DNA of 64,000 bases from Candidatus Bathyarchaeota archaeon (GTDB lineage Archaea > Thermoproteota > Bathyarchaeia > Bathyarchaeales > DTEX01), in the NCBI GenBank assembly GCA_018396635.1, contig JAGTQE010000002.1, positions 73,615 through 137,614 on the forward strand. The letters run 5' to 3'. How positions within the stretch are numbered: the first letter of the stretch is position 1; every line of letters starts with the position of its first letter. The translations under genes and the position numbers were made by a program. Below, one piece after another: positions 27,510 through 37,186 of the stretch. Below the pieces are notes generated by a model. It did not search any database, was not told where the DNA came from, and worked only from the letters and a program-made list of their open reading frames with translations.

Positions 27510-29039
27510 TCACCCTCCTAATTTAAGGCTTAGTCTACTCACAGAGTGTCTCTCAGACCTGAACGTGAATTCTTTCCCTCTAGCTGCTTCCAGGCTCTCC
27601 TCCCTAACCCGCACATTATCTGGAAAGTCGAAGTCGTTGTACGCCCTCACATCTACAGCATTAACAATAGCAAAGCTGCCGCCCTGAAATTCACGATTCC
27701 CAGATAACGTTACTTTAACATCTAAATCCTCATCAAGGCTCTGATTCACTACAGTAATTACTAAGTTGCTTTCATCCCGGCTTATTGAGACTGCAACATC
27801 TAAGGCTTTGAGCGATTTAAGCCTCCTCTGGAAACGCTGCCTAGCAACATAATCTTTTTCCGTTGGCTCTCTTATAATAGGCGATTCAACGTCTGCTTTC
27901 AGTGCAATGTTTCCCATATGTGGCTGATAAATGTTGAAGATGTGATAGGTTGGAGTAAGAATGGTTTTTTCACCTTTTGTAAGGCATATGCTCTGAAGAA
28001 CATTTACTGCCTGGGCTATGTTGGCCATCCAAACTTTCCTGGAGAAGCGGATAAATAAGTTTAGTACCGACGCCGCAAGTATTGCATCCCTTAAAGTGTT
28101 CTGCTGGTATAAGCCGCTCTCAACAGTTGCCTGAGGATGCCAAACACCCCATTCATCAACAGCTATACCTATATCTTTCCTACCCTCGGAGAAAAAGTCT
28201 ACTATAAATGCTGCCTGCTGAATCTGATATTCAAGATGTTGAACATCAAAGAGCAAGTTAAGATATTGCTCATCACTGAATTCGACATCATTACCGTACC
28301 GCTGGGCATTACCAAAATAATAATGTATTGACAGATAGTCCACAAGGTGGATGTGATCCCTTAAGGCCTCCATAAATCTGTAATTCCAGTCCCGAGAAGT
28401 GTGACCACATGCAATTAGTTTGATTGAGCGATCAGCCTGTTTAAGATAGGTTGCGAACCTCCGATACTCCCAAGCATAATATACCGGGTCAAATGAGCCT
28501 CCGCAACCCCAATTCTCGTTTCCAATACCCCAATACTTAACTCCATATGGCTCCGGATGACCATTTTTAGATCTAAGATTCGCATACTTAGTGTTACCTG
28601 CATAATTGCAGTATTCAAGCCAAGCAAGGGCTTCGCTTGGGCTTCCAGAGCCGACATTTACGCATATATATGGCTCGGCCCCAGTAAGCCTGCATAACAT
28701 CATAAATTCGTCTGTGCCAAATTCATTCGGCTCTTCACCACCCCACCATATGTTAAGCCTTCTAGGTCTTTGTTCCCTTGGGCCTACACCATCCTCCCAG
28801 TGATATGCGTCTGCAAAGCATCCTCCAGGCCACCTGATTATCGGCGCGCCAATAGATTTAAAAGCATGGACAACGTTCTTCCTCAATCCATTACAGTTCG
28901 GTATTTTTGAGTCTTCTCCAACCCATATTCCGGGATAAATGCATCGCCCCAGATGCTCAATAAAGTGCCCGAAGATATGTGGATTTATCACGCCTATCTG
29001 CTCATCCAATTTCACAGTAATATTGCAGGTTCTGCTCAA
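27510..29039 (-). CDS. Alpha-L-arabinofuranosidase, GH51 family
   Basis: Acid/base region WGIGNENWGCGG and nucleophile region IAVDEWGVWH. TTG start, no signal peptide. Confidence 0.85.
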   Translation of the reverse strand: MSRTCNITVKLDEQIGVINPHIFGHFIEHLGRCIYPGIWVGEDSKIPNCNGLRKNVVHAFKSIGAPIIRWPGGCFADAYHWEDGVGPREQRPRRLNIWWGGEEPNEFGTDEFMMLCRLTGAEPYICVNVGSGSPSEALAWLEYCNYAGNTKYANLRSKNGHPEPYGVKYWGIGNENWGCGGSFDPVYYAWEYRRFATYLKQADRSIKLIACGHTSRDWNYRFMEALRDHIHLVDYLSIHYYFGNAQRYGNDVEFSDEQYLNLLFDVQHLEYQIQQAAFIVDFFSEGRKDIGIAVDEWGVWHPQATVESGLYQQNTLRDAILAASVLNLFIRFSRKVWMANIAQAVNVLQSICLTKGEKTILTPTYHIFNIYQPHMGNIALKADVESPIIREPTEKDYVARQRFQRRLKSLKALDVAVSISRDESNLVITVVNQSLDEDLDVKVTLSGNREFQGGSFAIVNAVDVRAYNDFDFPDNVRVREESLEAARGKEFTFRSERHSVSRLSLKLGG

Positions 29040-29119
29040 AACTAATCACCATCTTTATTTCTGGCGACCAAAACTATAAAATCTTCTCAAAAATAGTTTT
29101 ACAATGGGGTGATTTTAGA

Positions 29120-29536
29120 TTGAAGTGTCCGGTATGTGATACTGAAGTTGATGAGGGCGCAAGGTTCTGTCCAAGATGTGGCGCATCCTTAGAGGACGTG
29201 AAGAATATAATGGTATCTACTACGCCCACAATACCGGGCTATAGGATTAAGAAGGTTATTGGCATAGTTACCGGGCTCTCGCCAAGAACTAGAGGTATGC
29301 TTGGAAGATTCATTGCCGGCATTGAGACAATATTTGGTGGAGAAATTAGAGCCTTCACAACAGAGATTGAGAAGGCTCGTATGGAGGCATTAGAGAGGAT
29401 GAAGGCGAAGGCTGCGGCTTTAGGAGCTAACGCAGTGGTTGGGGTTGATTTAGAGACCTCAGACCTCGGCTTAGGTGCGGGCATAATCGTAATAACAGCT
29501 ACTGGAACAGCAGTGATGGTTGAGCCGGAAACGTAA
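29120..29536 (+). CDS. Zinc-ribbon plus YbjQ/UPF0145 (DUF74) domain protein
   Basis: The N-terminus reads CPVCDTEVDEGARFCPRCGASL. The YbjQ-like body (GIVTG..GANAVVGVDLE) follows. Confidence 0.75.
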   Translation: MKCPVCDTEVDEGARFCPRCGASLEDVKNIMVSTTPTIPGYRIKKVIGIVTGLSPRTRGMLGRFIAGIETIFGGEIRAFTTEIEKARMEALERMKAKAAALGANAVVGVDLETSDLGLGAGIIVITATGTAVMVEPET

Positions 29537-29569
29537 TGGGTTTAACGTCCAACATAAATTAACATTCAT

Positions 29570-30151
29570 TCATGGCAATGCGCTAATATTTAGGGCTTCT
29601 AGAATTAGGATAAGGCCGATTGCAAGGAATACTAGCGAGGAGCCTATGGTCAAATATCTTTCTGGTATGGCCCTAAGTATCTTGCCGCCTAAAATAACGC
29701 TTACACCAGTTATTATGCTGAACGCTAACATGATTCCTAGAAAGACCATTAGAGGATTTCCGAACTGAGCCGCCAATACAACGGACATTATCTGGGTTTT
29801 ATCTCCCAGCTCCATTAATGTGACTAGCAGGAATACTCTTATGAAGGATGCTTTAGCGTCGCCGTAAATAATCCCCCTGCGCCTCTCCCCGCCTACCAAT
29901 TGGATTACTCCAAAGATCATGAAGATCACGCCTGAGATAAGGCTGATTACGTTGCGTGGGAGGAAGGCTGGAAGCTCGCCGCCAACCAGTGCGCTCACCC
30001 CATCAATAATAAAGAAGGCTGACATAGCTCCCAGAAAGACTGAGCGGGTTGGTGACCTAGCCGCCAACATGATCGTACATATCTGGGTTTTATCTCCCAG
30101 CTCTGATAGGAGGATAAGGAAGAGGGACGCTATAAGCGGTGTAAAATCCAA
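29570..30151 (-). CDS. GDT1/TMEM165 (UPF0016) family cation transporter
   Basis: The signature ELGDKTQ occurs twice (the two inverted halves), with six predicted TM helices. Confidence 0.85.
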   Translation of the reverse strand: MDFTPLIASLFLILLSELGDKTQICTIMLAARSPTRSVFLGAMSAFFIIDGVSALVGGELPAFLPRNVISLISGVIFMIFGVIQLVGGERRRGIIYGDAKASFIRVFLLVTLMELGDKTQIMSVVLAAQFGNPLMVFLGIMLAFSIITGVSVILGGKILRAIPERYLTIGSSLVFLAIGLILILEALNISALP

Positions 30152-30215
30152 GCCGATATGATCCCTCTCTGTGGAGTTATCCTCAAATATTTTAGCGCAA
30201 ACATATTTGCGCCCT

Positions 30216-31316
30216 CTACAGTTGGCTTAAGCCCGCCTCTATCCTAAGCATCTCGTCTAGAAGCTTAGGTCTCCGCCTAAAATATTCTCTGACAGGTTCA
30301 AGTATCTTTATTAGAGCTTCGGCAACGCCGTTCTTCAGGTCTAATGGATGTATTTCACCACGTAGATAGGCATCCCTCAGATCCCCATACTTCTCAAAGG
30401 TTATTGGGCCACCATACTTAGACGGGCGCGGGACCTCCATGATTCCAAGCTCGGGGAAAACTATGTATTTAGCGTGCTCCAGAATAGGGTTCCCCTCTTC
30501 CTGTTTTGGTGGGCAGTAGGCGGCCCTAATTTTAGCCCTAATCTCCTCTGGAGAATCATGGACGAAAATACAGCTTTCAGGCTTACTCTTAGACATCTTT
30601 AAGCCTATCTTCTCGCTTATTTTAGCATCCTCATCATACCTGCTTTCGGGGATCTTAGCTGGAGGCTGTAGGCCTGATAGGAGCGGTGTATGTAGGCATA
30701 CAGGCTTCTTCCAGCCTATCTTCTCAGCGACGTCTCTGGCCAGCATATGAGCCTTCCTCTGATCTATCCCACCACACGCCATATCTAATTCCAGTTGGAA
30801 TATATCTGCTGCCTGCATACATGGATAGAATACCCACGCGGTCTCTATGTCAGCCATATCCAGCTCGCGTCCCATTATGGTCAGCGCCCTTCTAACCCTC
30901 AGGAGCGATGAGCTCTTAGCTATCCTTATAACCTTCTCCCAATAGTCTATGTCGTCCGCCAGCTCAGAGGCCCAAACGAAGCGCACATTGCCAGCTGAGG
31001 TTACTCCAAGCGCCTCAAAGCACTGCTTAAAGTATTCGCCGCATAAACGTATGTTCTCCATGAGACCCCCAAGCTTATTATTTATCCAGCTATGCCAGTC
31101 GGCTAAAAATATTGTGAAATCAAAGCCGGCCCTAGCAATATCCTTAATTTTAGAGCCGCATACAAGCCCCATGCCGATATGCATTAGGCCTGAGCACTCG
31201 AAGCCCCAATAAGCCTTAGGTCTACTCGTCGTCTCTAGGAGTATGCGCAGCTCATTAGGTGTCACTATCTCCTCAGCATTGCGGACAATGAGATTTAACC
31301 GCTCTTCAATATCCAA
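30216..31316 (-). CDS. tyrS: Tyrosyl-tRNA synthetase (archaeal type)
   Basis: Collinear with remembered M. jannaschii TyrRS: HIGH-like GLMHIGMG, KMSKS, DSPEEIRAKIRAAYCP..EGNPILEHAKY, HPLDLKNGVAEALIKILEPVR. Confidence 0.9.
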   Translation of the reverse strand: MDIEERLNLIVRNAEEIVTPNELRILLETTSRPKAYWGFECSGLMHIGMGLVCGSKIKDIARAGFDFTIFLADWHSWINNKLGGLMENIRLCGEYFKQCFEALGVTSAGNVRFVWASELADDIDYWEKVIRIAKSSSLLRVRRALTIMGRELDMADIETAWVFYPCMQAADIFQLELDMACGGIDQRKAHMLARDVAEKIGWKKPVCLHTPLLSGLQPPAKIPESRYDEDAKISEKIGLKMSKSKPESCIFVHDSPEEIRAKIRAAYCPPKQEEGNPILEHAKYIVFPELGIMEVPRPSKYGGPITFEKYGDLRDAYLRGEIHPLDLKNGVAEALIKILEPVREYFRRRPKLLDEMLRIEAGLSQL

Positions 31317-31391
31317 AGTCCAGCACCACCGCTGCCGTTCAGCGTATAACCTTATTAAAACGACTGGAATATTAAAGTTTGGTGTAGAGTT

Positions 31392-31910
31392 ATGCCATAT
31401 TGCAGGCGATGCGGCTATAAGCTGCCGGAAGATGCCCTCTTCTGCCCAAATTGCGGTGCAGCAGTCTCACCAATCCCTTCCGAATCTAGGTTTGAGTTAG
31501 CGGGCTGGGGTGAGAGAATAGCGGCATACTTCATAGATATGATTATTCTCGGACTTATTATCGTCCCTATAGTCTCTATATTCCTCTGGCCATGGGTATA
31601 TCTCATAGGTGGTTTTAGGTGGGACTGGGGCATGTTTGCGGGTTTCGGCCTAAGCAACGTGGTTTCATTCCTATACTGGACTTTCTTGGAGGGTGTTTAT
31701 GGGCAGTCCCTTGGAAAGATGGCTCTCAAACTTAAGGTTGTTAGGGCTGATGGTAAGCCAATGGATATAATAACAGCGGCTATAGAAAGCCTAGGGAAAG
31801 CCTTTATACCACCAATAGACTTCATATTGGGTTTAATATTGTATCCGCAGAAGCAGCAGAGACTATTCAATTATATATCCAACACAATAGTTATTAAAAC
31901 CCAACGTTAA
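31392..31910 (+). CDS. Zinc-ribbon plus RDD family membrane protein
   Basis: The N-terminus reads CRRCGYKLPEDALFCPNCGAAV. The RDD domain (AGWGERIAAYFIDMIILG..) has three TM helices. Confidence 0.7.
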   Translation: MPYCRRCGYKLPEDALFCPNCGAAVSPIPSESRFELAGWGERIAAYFIDMIILGLIIVPIVSIFLWPWVYLIGGFRWDWGMFAGFGLSNVVSFLYWTFLEGVYGQSLGKMALKLKVVRADGKPMDIITAAIESLGKAFIPPIDFILGLILYPQKQQRLFNYISNTIVIKTQR

Positions 31911-32368
31911 ACGTCATCTACGCTCGCAGTAAGCCCTGAAAGCCAGCTCACAATAGACCTAAGTCTCTCAACCAGATTTTCGGGTAAATTCTCATCTTTT
32001 AACCATTCTCTGGCATGTGAGAGCCTCAGCCTAATCCATGTTAAGTCGCCTCTACTAAGCACATATTTAATCTCGTATTCTGTCGCAGTTAAGTGAGCCT
32101 CATAAACGACTGCTTTATCGCAGCTCGTCAGAGTCATATTATTTATCTGTACGCCCCTCTTCTTAAGCTCGCTTATCTCTATAACTTCATGCAACATTAA
32201 GAGGCCGCTGCCCAAAACATCATTAAGCATAGTCTTATCGCAGGTATAAGTTTCACCCATCATGTAATCGCAGAATTCCTTCGGCGAAATATTCTCACAG
32301 ACGTAGCCAAGATGCTTGGCTGCTTCAGCTGCTTCCATCATTTTATACGCGATAACCTCATGGCACAT
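31907..32368 (-). CDS. Hypothetical protein (153 aa)
   Basis: The ORF fills the gap between neighbours and has a 4-nt convergent overlap. I recognise no family. It contains a HEVIE motif. Confidence 0.4.
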   Translation of the reverse strand: MCHEVIAYKMMEAAEAAKHLGYVCENISPKEFCDYMMGETYTCDKTMLNDVLGSGLLMLHEVIEISELKKRGVQINNMTLTSCDKAVVYEAHLTATEYEIKYVLSRGDLTWIRLRLSHAREWLKDENLPENLVERLRSIVSWLSGLTASVDDV

Positions 32369-32465
32369 GGAGACCAGCAGCAGGAGATTCTATACAATGC
32401 TGATGTTTAGTAAGAAATATTTATTTTCTTATGCTGAACAAACTTAGGTATCCGCATGGAGGATT

Positions 32466-33506
32466 ATGAGGATGCAGAGAATATATAGGATAGCGGTTCT
32501 CCCTGGCGATGGGATAGGCCCGGAGGTCGTGGAGGCCGCGGTAGGAGTTTTAGAGGCTGTCCAGAAGATCGTGAGCGGCCTTAGACTAGAGCTCATTTAT
32601 GGTGAAGCCGGATACGATTGCATAGAGAAGTATGGAACAAACCTGCCGGAGAAGACAATAGATATCCTTAAGAGTACACACGCATGCCTCAAGGGCCCAA
32701 TGACAACTCCCGAGGATCCTGGCGCTCCACCAAGCGTTGCCGTAACCATAAGGAAAATGTTCAACCTATACGCTAACGTTAGGCCATGTAAATCTCTTCC
32801 AGGAGTATGGTCCCTTAAGCCTAATATAGATCTCGTAATTGTTAGGGAGAATACTGAGGGCCTTTATTCTGGCGTTGAGTATGAGGTTTCGCCCGGCAAG
32901 GGTGTAGCCTTAAGGATTATAACGCGTGAGGCCTCTGAGAGGGTTGCCAGATTCGCTTTTAGGCTTGCTGAGCGGCGCAGGCGCTATTTAACCTGCGTCC
33001 ATAAGAGGAATATTCTACGCATAACTGATGGAATATTTAGGGAAGCCGTCTTCCGAGTTGCCAGCGAGTTTCCCTCCATACGCGTTGACGAGGAGCATGT
33101 TGACGCCATGGCCATGAGGTTGATCAAGGAGCCTGAGAGGTTCGATGTTGTAGTGACGACGAACCTTTTCGGCGACATATTGTCAGATGAGGCTGCCCAG
33201 ATAGTTGGCGGGATAGGCCTTGCGGCTGGAGCAAATATAGGCGACAATTATGGAATGTTTGAGCCAGTTCATGGATCCGCGCCGAAGCATGCTGGGAAGA
33301 ATAGGGCTAATCCAATAGCGACGATCCTAGCCGCCAAGATGATGCTTGAGTGGCTCGGTGAATATGAGGCTGCTAGGCGTATAGGGGATGCTGTCGAGGC
33401 TGTCTTGAGTGAGGGTAGGGTTAGAACTTATGATTTAGGCGGATCCGCGACGACAAGGGATATGGGAAACGCTATAGCCGAGAAGATTCTCAGCCAGGGC
33501 GCATGA
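32466..33506 (+). CDS. 3-isopropylmalate/homoisocitrate dehydrogenase family enzyme
   Basis: Motifs are AVLPGDGIGPEV, VRENTEGLYSG and NLFGDILSDEAA. The SD GGAGG lies upstream of the ATG pair. Confidence 0.85.
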   Translation: MRMQRIYRIAVLPGDGIGPEVVEAAVGVLEAVQKIVSGLRLELIYGEAGYDCIEKYGTNLPEKTIDILKSTHACLKGPMTTPEDPGAPPSVAVTIRKMFNLYANVRPCKSLPGVWSLKPNIDLVIVRENTEGLYSGVEYEVSPGKGVALRIITREASERVARFAFRLAERRRRYLTCVHKRNILRITDGIFREAVFRVASEFPSIRVDEEHVDAMAMRLIKEPERFDVVVTTNLFGDILSDEAAQIVGGIGLAAGANIGDNYGMFEPVHGSAPKHAGKNRANPIATILAAKMMLEWLGEYEAARRIGDAVEAVLSEGRVRTYDLGGSATTRDMGNAIAEKILSQGA

Positions 33507-33525
33507 GAAGGAGGGAAGGGTTGTA

Positions 33526-34680
33526 ATGGATATTCAGCGGTTTAGAGCGGAATTTCCCATAACTAGGAGCAAAATCTTCCTTAACCACGCTGCTGTCAGC
33601 CCGCTTCCCCTGCGCTCAGCCGATGCGATGAGGAGCTATGTGGAGAATAAGGTTAAAGCTCAGCTAACGCACGACGTCGACTTAGGTGATTGGCGGAAGA
33701 AAATTGCTGAGACAAAGGGGCTCTTCGCCAGGCTGATAGGCGCTAGGGAGGATGAGATAGCCCACATACCCAACACCACCTTCGGCTTAAACCTCATTGC
33801 TCAAATGCTAGATTATAAGCCTGGAAGCAACGTAGTTACAAATACACTTGAATATATTTCGAATGTTATAGTTTGGCTTAAGCTACGCGAGAGGGGCGTT
33901 GAGGTCCGCATTGTGAGGGATGTTGGCGGCAGGATTAGCGTTGACATGCTTGAGAAGAGCATAGATGATAGGACTGTTGCGGTTGCGGTGGGTCAGGTTG
34001 GCTGGTATAATGGCTTCAGGCATGATTTGAGGGCCATATCTGAGATCGCACATGAGAGGGGCGCATTCCTAGCTGTCGACGGGATACAGGCCGTTGGAAA
34101 CATGAAGATAGACGTTGCCAGAGAGGGCATAGACTTCCTTGCCTGCGGCTCATATAAGTGGCTTCTGGGGCCGCTTGGCGCAGGCTTTCTATACATAAAG
34201 AGCGAACATATAGATAGGTTTAATCCACCGATCCTAGGCGGCGGAAGCATAGATCCGGAGGTTTCTAGGAGGAACATTTATGAGCGCTTTGACCTTTATG
34301 AGCTAAAGTATTCTAAGGGTATTGGGAAGTATGAGGCTGCACATATAAATGATGTTGCCTATATTGGAGTTGGAGAGTCTATGCGGCTGCTCCTGGATTA
34401 TGGCGTAGAGAACGTTGAAGAGAGGATTAAGCGTATAGGAGACTATTTTATCAGCAGCCTCATAGAGATGGGATACGAGCTTCAGACCCCTCTAGGGGAG
34501 GATGAGCACCACGCAATAATAAATTTCAAGGTGAAGGATCCTGATGCGGTAATGGATTACCTCTCCAGAAACGGTGTTGTGGTCTCTAAGAGGGTTGGAG
34601 GTATAAGAGTTTCACCGCACTTCTATAATACTGAGGAGGAGATAGAGAAGTTCTTAAGCATATTGAAAGGCATTAGATAG
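33526..34680 (+). CDS. Class V aminotransferase-fold PLP enzyme (cysteine desulfurase/selenocysteine lyase-like)
   Basis: PLP-Lys region ACGSYKWLLGPLGAGFLY. Has the fold-type I layout. It starts 19 nt after the upstream gene with its own SD. Confidence 0.8.
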   Translation: MDIQRFRAEFPITRSKIFLNHAAVSPLPLRSADAMRSYVENKVKAQLTHDVDLGDWRKKIAETKGLFARLIGAREDEIAHIPNTTFGLNLIAQMLDYKPGSNVVTNTLEYISNVIVWLKLRERGVEVRIVRDVGGRISVDMLEKSIDDRTVAVAVGQVGWYNGFRHDLRAISEIAHERGAFLAVDGIQAVGNMKIDVAREGIDFLACGSYKWLLGPLGAGFLYIKSEHIDRFNPPILGGGSIDPEVSRRNIYERFDLYELKYSKGIGKYEAAHINDVAYIGVGESMRLLLDYGVENVEERIKRIGDYFISSLIEMGYELQTPLGEDEHHAIINFKVKDPDAVMDYLSRNGVVVSKRVGGIRVSPHFYNTEEEIEKFLSILKGIR

Positions 34681-34815
34681 AATAAATAAGAGTGGGATAA
34701 ATCATCCTTTGAATAGATCAATGAGTTCGACCAATAATTTATCTTTACTGTTATTTACGCCTTTAGATCTAGCATGTTATCAAAAGAGGCAGCTTTTGGG
34801 AAAATACTAGAATCC

Positions 34816-35598
34816 TCAGACTCTCTTTTTCAGAAGCCTGCTAAGATATATTTCATACATTCCTCTCGCATCAAGGTACTCTATGAGAACATGAGCTTCA
34901 AACCTAGCTCTCAAGCCAGGCTCAGCCTCATAGAGAACTTTACCCTCCCTTATCACCCTGAATTTTAGGTGGAGGTCGGCTTCCTCCAATTCTATGAGGT
35001 CTATTTTTTCTTCATTTACCCCTAGAGCCTTAGCTATCTCTGTCTGAAGCCCACTCGCATCTCTCGTCTTCTCACTAAAGAGCATGGCTATATCCCAGTC
35101 GCTACTCTCAGTTTCGAGACCCCTAGCCCTTGAACCGAAGAGGTAGGCTAGCGCCACACCTCTACGCTTAAAGATCTGGATTAAGCCCTCAAGGATTTGA
35201 GGTGGATCTATCCCTCTCTTCCTTATCTCCTCGATAAGTTTTAATGCCATATCCTTTGAGTATACTGCTTCGTTCCCATAGGCTTTAAGCTCCTCTGAAT
35301 CCAGCCGCCTATAAGTGTGCGCAACTCTATTTCTGATCCTAGCCATATTCTTAAGCCTAGTTGCCTCTAAGCCATCTAAGAGCCCTGCCTCGGCTAAAAT
35401 GTCGGCTATTTCGGTGTAGGATGAGGGTTTCCTTAACCCAAGCTCCGCTATGATCATGGCACAAGCGTCTAGAAGCGTCTGAAGCGTCTCGTAAACAGCC
35501 CAACGTAGTGAGTAAACATGAATCCAGTCTTTAGGCTCTATATAACTTATTCTCCCAGCAACCTCCACAACCTGAGAGAGCAGATTAATAATCTCCAA
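34816..35598 (-). CDS. Single-chain fusion of a HEPN (DUF86/HepT-like) domain and a minimal nucleotidyltransferase (MNT) domain
   Basis: The N-terminal half has the Rx4HxY motif RIRNRVAHTY. The C-terminal half has the NTase motif LFGSRARGLETESSDWDIAMLF. Confidence 0.75.
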   Translation of the reverse strand: MEIINLLSQVVEVAGRISYIEPKDWIHVYSLRWAVYETLQTLLDACAMIIAELGLRKPSSYTEIADILAEAGLLDGLEATRLKNMARIRNRVAHTYRRLDSEELKAYGNEAVYSKDMALKLIEEIRKRGIDPPQILEGLIQIFKRRGVALAYLFGSRARGLETESSDWDIAMLFSEKTRDASGLQTEIAKALGVNEEKIDLIELEEADLHLKFRVIREGKVLYEAEPGLRARFEAHVLIEYLDARGMYEIYLSRLLKKRV

Positions 35599-35692
35599 CC
35601 GAACTTAACACTCCAACACATTCCTTTAAGTCGGATTCTCTTTCGTCTCTTTGACTGTTTTTCTCTTCGCTGACAATATAATCAGCATTTTT

Positions 35693-35884
35693 CTAAGCCC
35701 CTAAATACTTAGCCCTCTTAATGGAGCTAACTCTATTATTAAGCATCTTGGAGCCGACAGTCATATCCTTTCTCCTTCCGAGGCCTGCTGTAGCATAAGG
35801 GAACTCCAAATCCCCTTTAAGCAGAGCAAGAGTCTTAGACTTAAGCTCACCGAGCTCCACCGGGCGCTCACATTCCACTAACAT
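35693..35884 (-). CDS. Hypothetical small protein (63 aa)
   Basis: It is the only ORF of any length in the 365-nt gap between pelota and the HEPN-MNT gene. I recognise no family. Confidence 0.3.
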   Translation of the reverse strand: MLVECERPVELGELKSKTLALLKGDLEFPYATAGLGRRKDMTVGSKMLNNRVSSIKRAKYLGA

Positions 35885-35963
35885 TCAATTAGAAGATTGC
35901 CAACATCTCCCATATATGTTGTTCTTAGCTAGCATTTTAAATGCTGAAAGAACATTCGAATCT

Positions 35964-37052
35964 TTAGTTTTGAGAGTTTACGGGGAAACGTAATAGCGCA
36001 GCTATCCCCCCAAGAGACTTAAGCTTTAAACCAGCCTCATGCTCAATGCTGACCACCCTAACCCTACCACCCTTATCCTCAACGCTCCGTAGAACCTCCT
36101 CAAGAAGTAAAAGATCCTCGTCAGAAGACTCTCTAAGCATCTCATCTGTCACAATAAGCTCCTCGACTGCGCTGAAAGAGGCGGCTCTCGCAACCTCACT
36201 AAGACCATAAACGGCGTCACCTCTACCCATGCCCAGACGCCTCAAAACCTCCTCGACTATAGAGGCCTCTTGAACCATGCGCGCATGCTGGAGGGCCTTT
36301 GTCAATATTCCGGAGCGCATAGCCTCATATACCCCCGACCTTCCGGAGCTATTAACGCTCTTAACATCAACTACTTTCTTATAGATGCTGGGAGCCTCCT
36401 CCCTCAGAAACCTCACATACATCTCCTTGATGAATCCGACACCAATAATTATTATTAAGTCTCCATAAGTCTTTATCAACCCGTCCAGGAGGTTTGTTAG
36501 GGACTTAAACATCTCGTTAAGTATCCTCTGCCTCTCATCGACCATATGCTTTCCTGGCAGGCTTATGTGCTCCTCAGCAACTATATCTAGGCTAGCCTCC
36601 CTGAGAACAGCTACGCAGTAACCCTCATCATCGACTGAAACTATTATTATTGGCGTGGCTCTGCCCGTGGCTGCGCGCTCAATCTGTTTGATGTGATAAT
36701 CCAGCCATCTCCTCTTAATTATTGTTAGTGGCGTATTTAATGTTATGTTGAGCGTATGGTGTGAGCCCATTGCTCCAATATCTTCAGGTGCATCGCAAAC
36801 TATGCCATGGATTCTAAGGCGGTTTAGGCTCCTATCCCAGTATACGCTCTCAACCCTTAAGCCTAAAGTGACGGATATACGTTTTCCCTTCTCAAGTCTC
36901 TCGTATCTATTGCTCAAGCGGACCTCCCTACTTGTCCTAGCGTAGGCTACATCGTTCTTCTGGATAACTGTATAGAGGATCCAGAAGTCATCGAGAAACT
37001 CAGGGACCACCGTGACCCGCCCATGTTTAAGATCTTTCTCCAAAATCTTCAT
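35964..37052 (-). CDS. pelA: Pelota (Dom34) mRNA surveillance/ribosome rescue factor
   Basis: The N-terminus MKILEKDLKHGRVTVVPEFLDDFWILYTVI is typical of Pelota, and the three-domain eRF1-like length (362 aa) fits. Confidence 0.9.
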   Translation of the reverse strand: MKILEKDLKHGRVTVVPEFLDDFWILYTVIQKNDVAYARTSREVRLSNRYERLEKGKRISVTLGLRVESVYWDRSLNRLRIHGIVCDAPEDIGAMGSHHTLNITLNTPLTIIKRRWLDYHIKQIERAATGRATPIIIVSVDDEGYCVAVLREASLDIVAEEHISLPGKHMVDERQRILNEMFKSLTNLLDGLIKTYGDLIIIIGVGFIKEMYVRFLREEAPSIYKKVVDVKSVNSSGRSGVYEAMRSGILTKALQHARMVQEASIVEEVLRRLGMGRGDAVYGLSEVARAASFSAVEELIVTDEMLRESSDEDLLLLEEVLRSVEDKGGRVRVVSIEHEAGLKLKSLGGIAALLRFPVNSQN

Positions 37053-37186
37053 CGTAAACCTCTCACATTAGATAGACCTGAATACTCATATACTCTTGAG
37101 GGTAATTTTTAAAGGGGTTGCCGAACTTATTAACCTTACGGCCAGAGCGCTATATACATCTAAGGTTTGCATGCTGAGGTTAACTC

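Noticed and set aside
30195-30212. Perfect hairpin GCGCAAA-CATA-TTTGCGC, 3 nt downstream of the tyrS stop (minus strand)
   Set aside because: It could be a transcript-end or stability hairpin. However, archaeal termination relies mainly on T-runs, and only a weak T-stretch follows on the minus strand. This is too little evidence to call a terminator.
32395-32445. Possible C/D-box sRNA (ATGCTGA ... CTGA) in the spacer upstream of the dehydrogenase gene
   Set aside because: The C box is imperfect (ATGCTGA rather than RTGATGA). The C-to-D span is only about 41 nt and has no C'/D' boxes or terminal stem. The region is simply an AT-rich promoter spacer.
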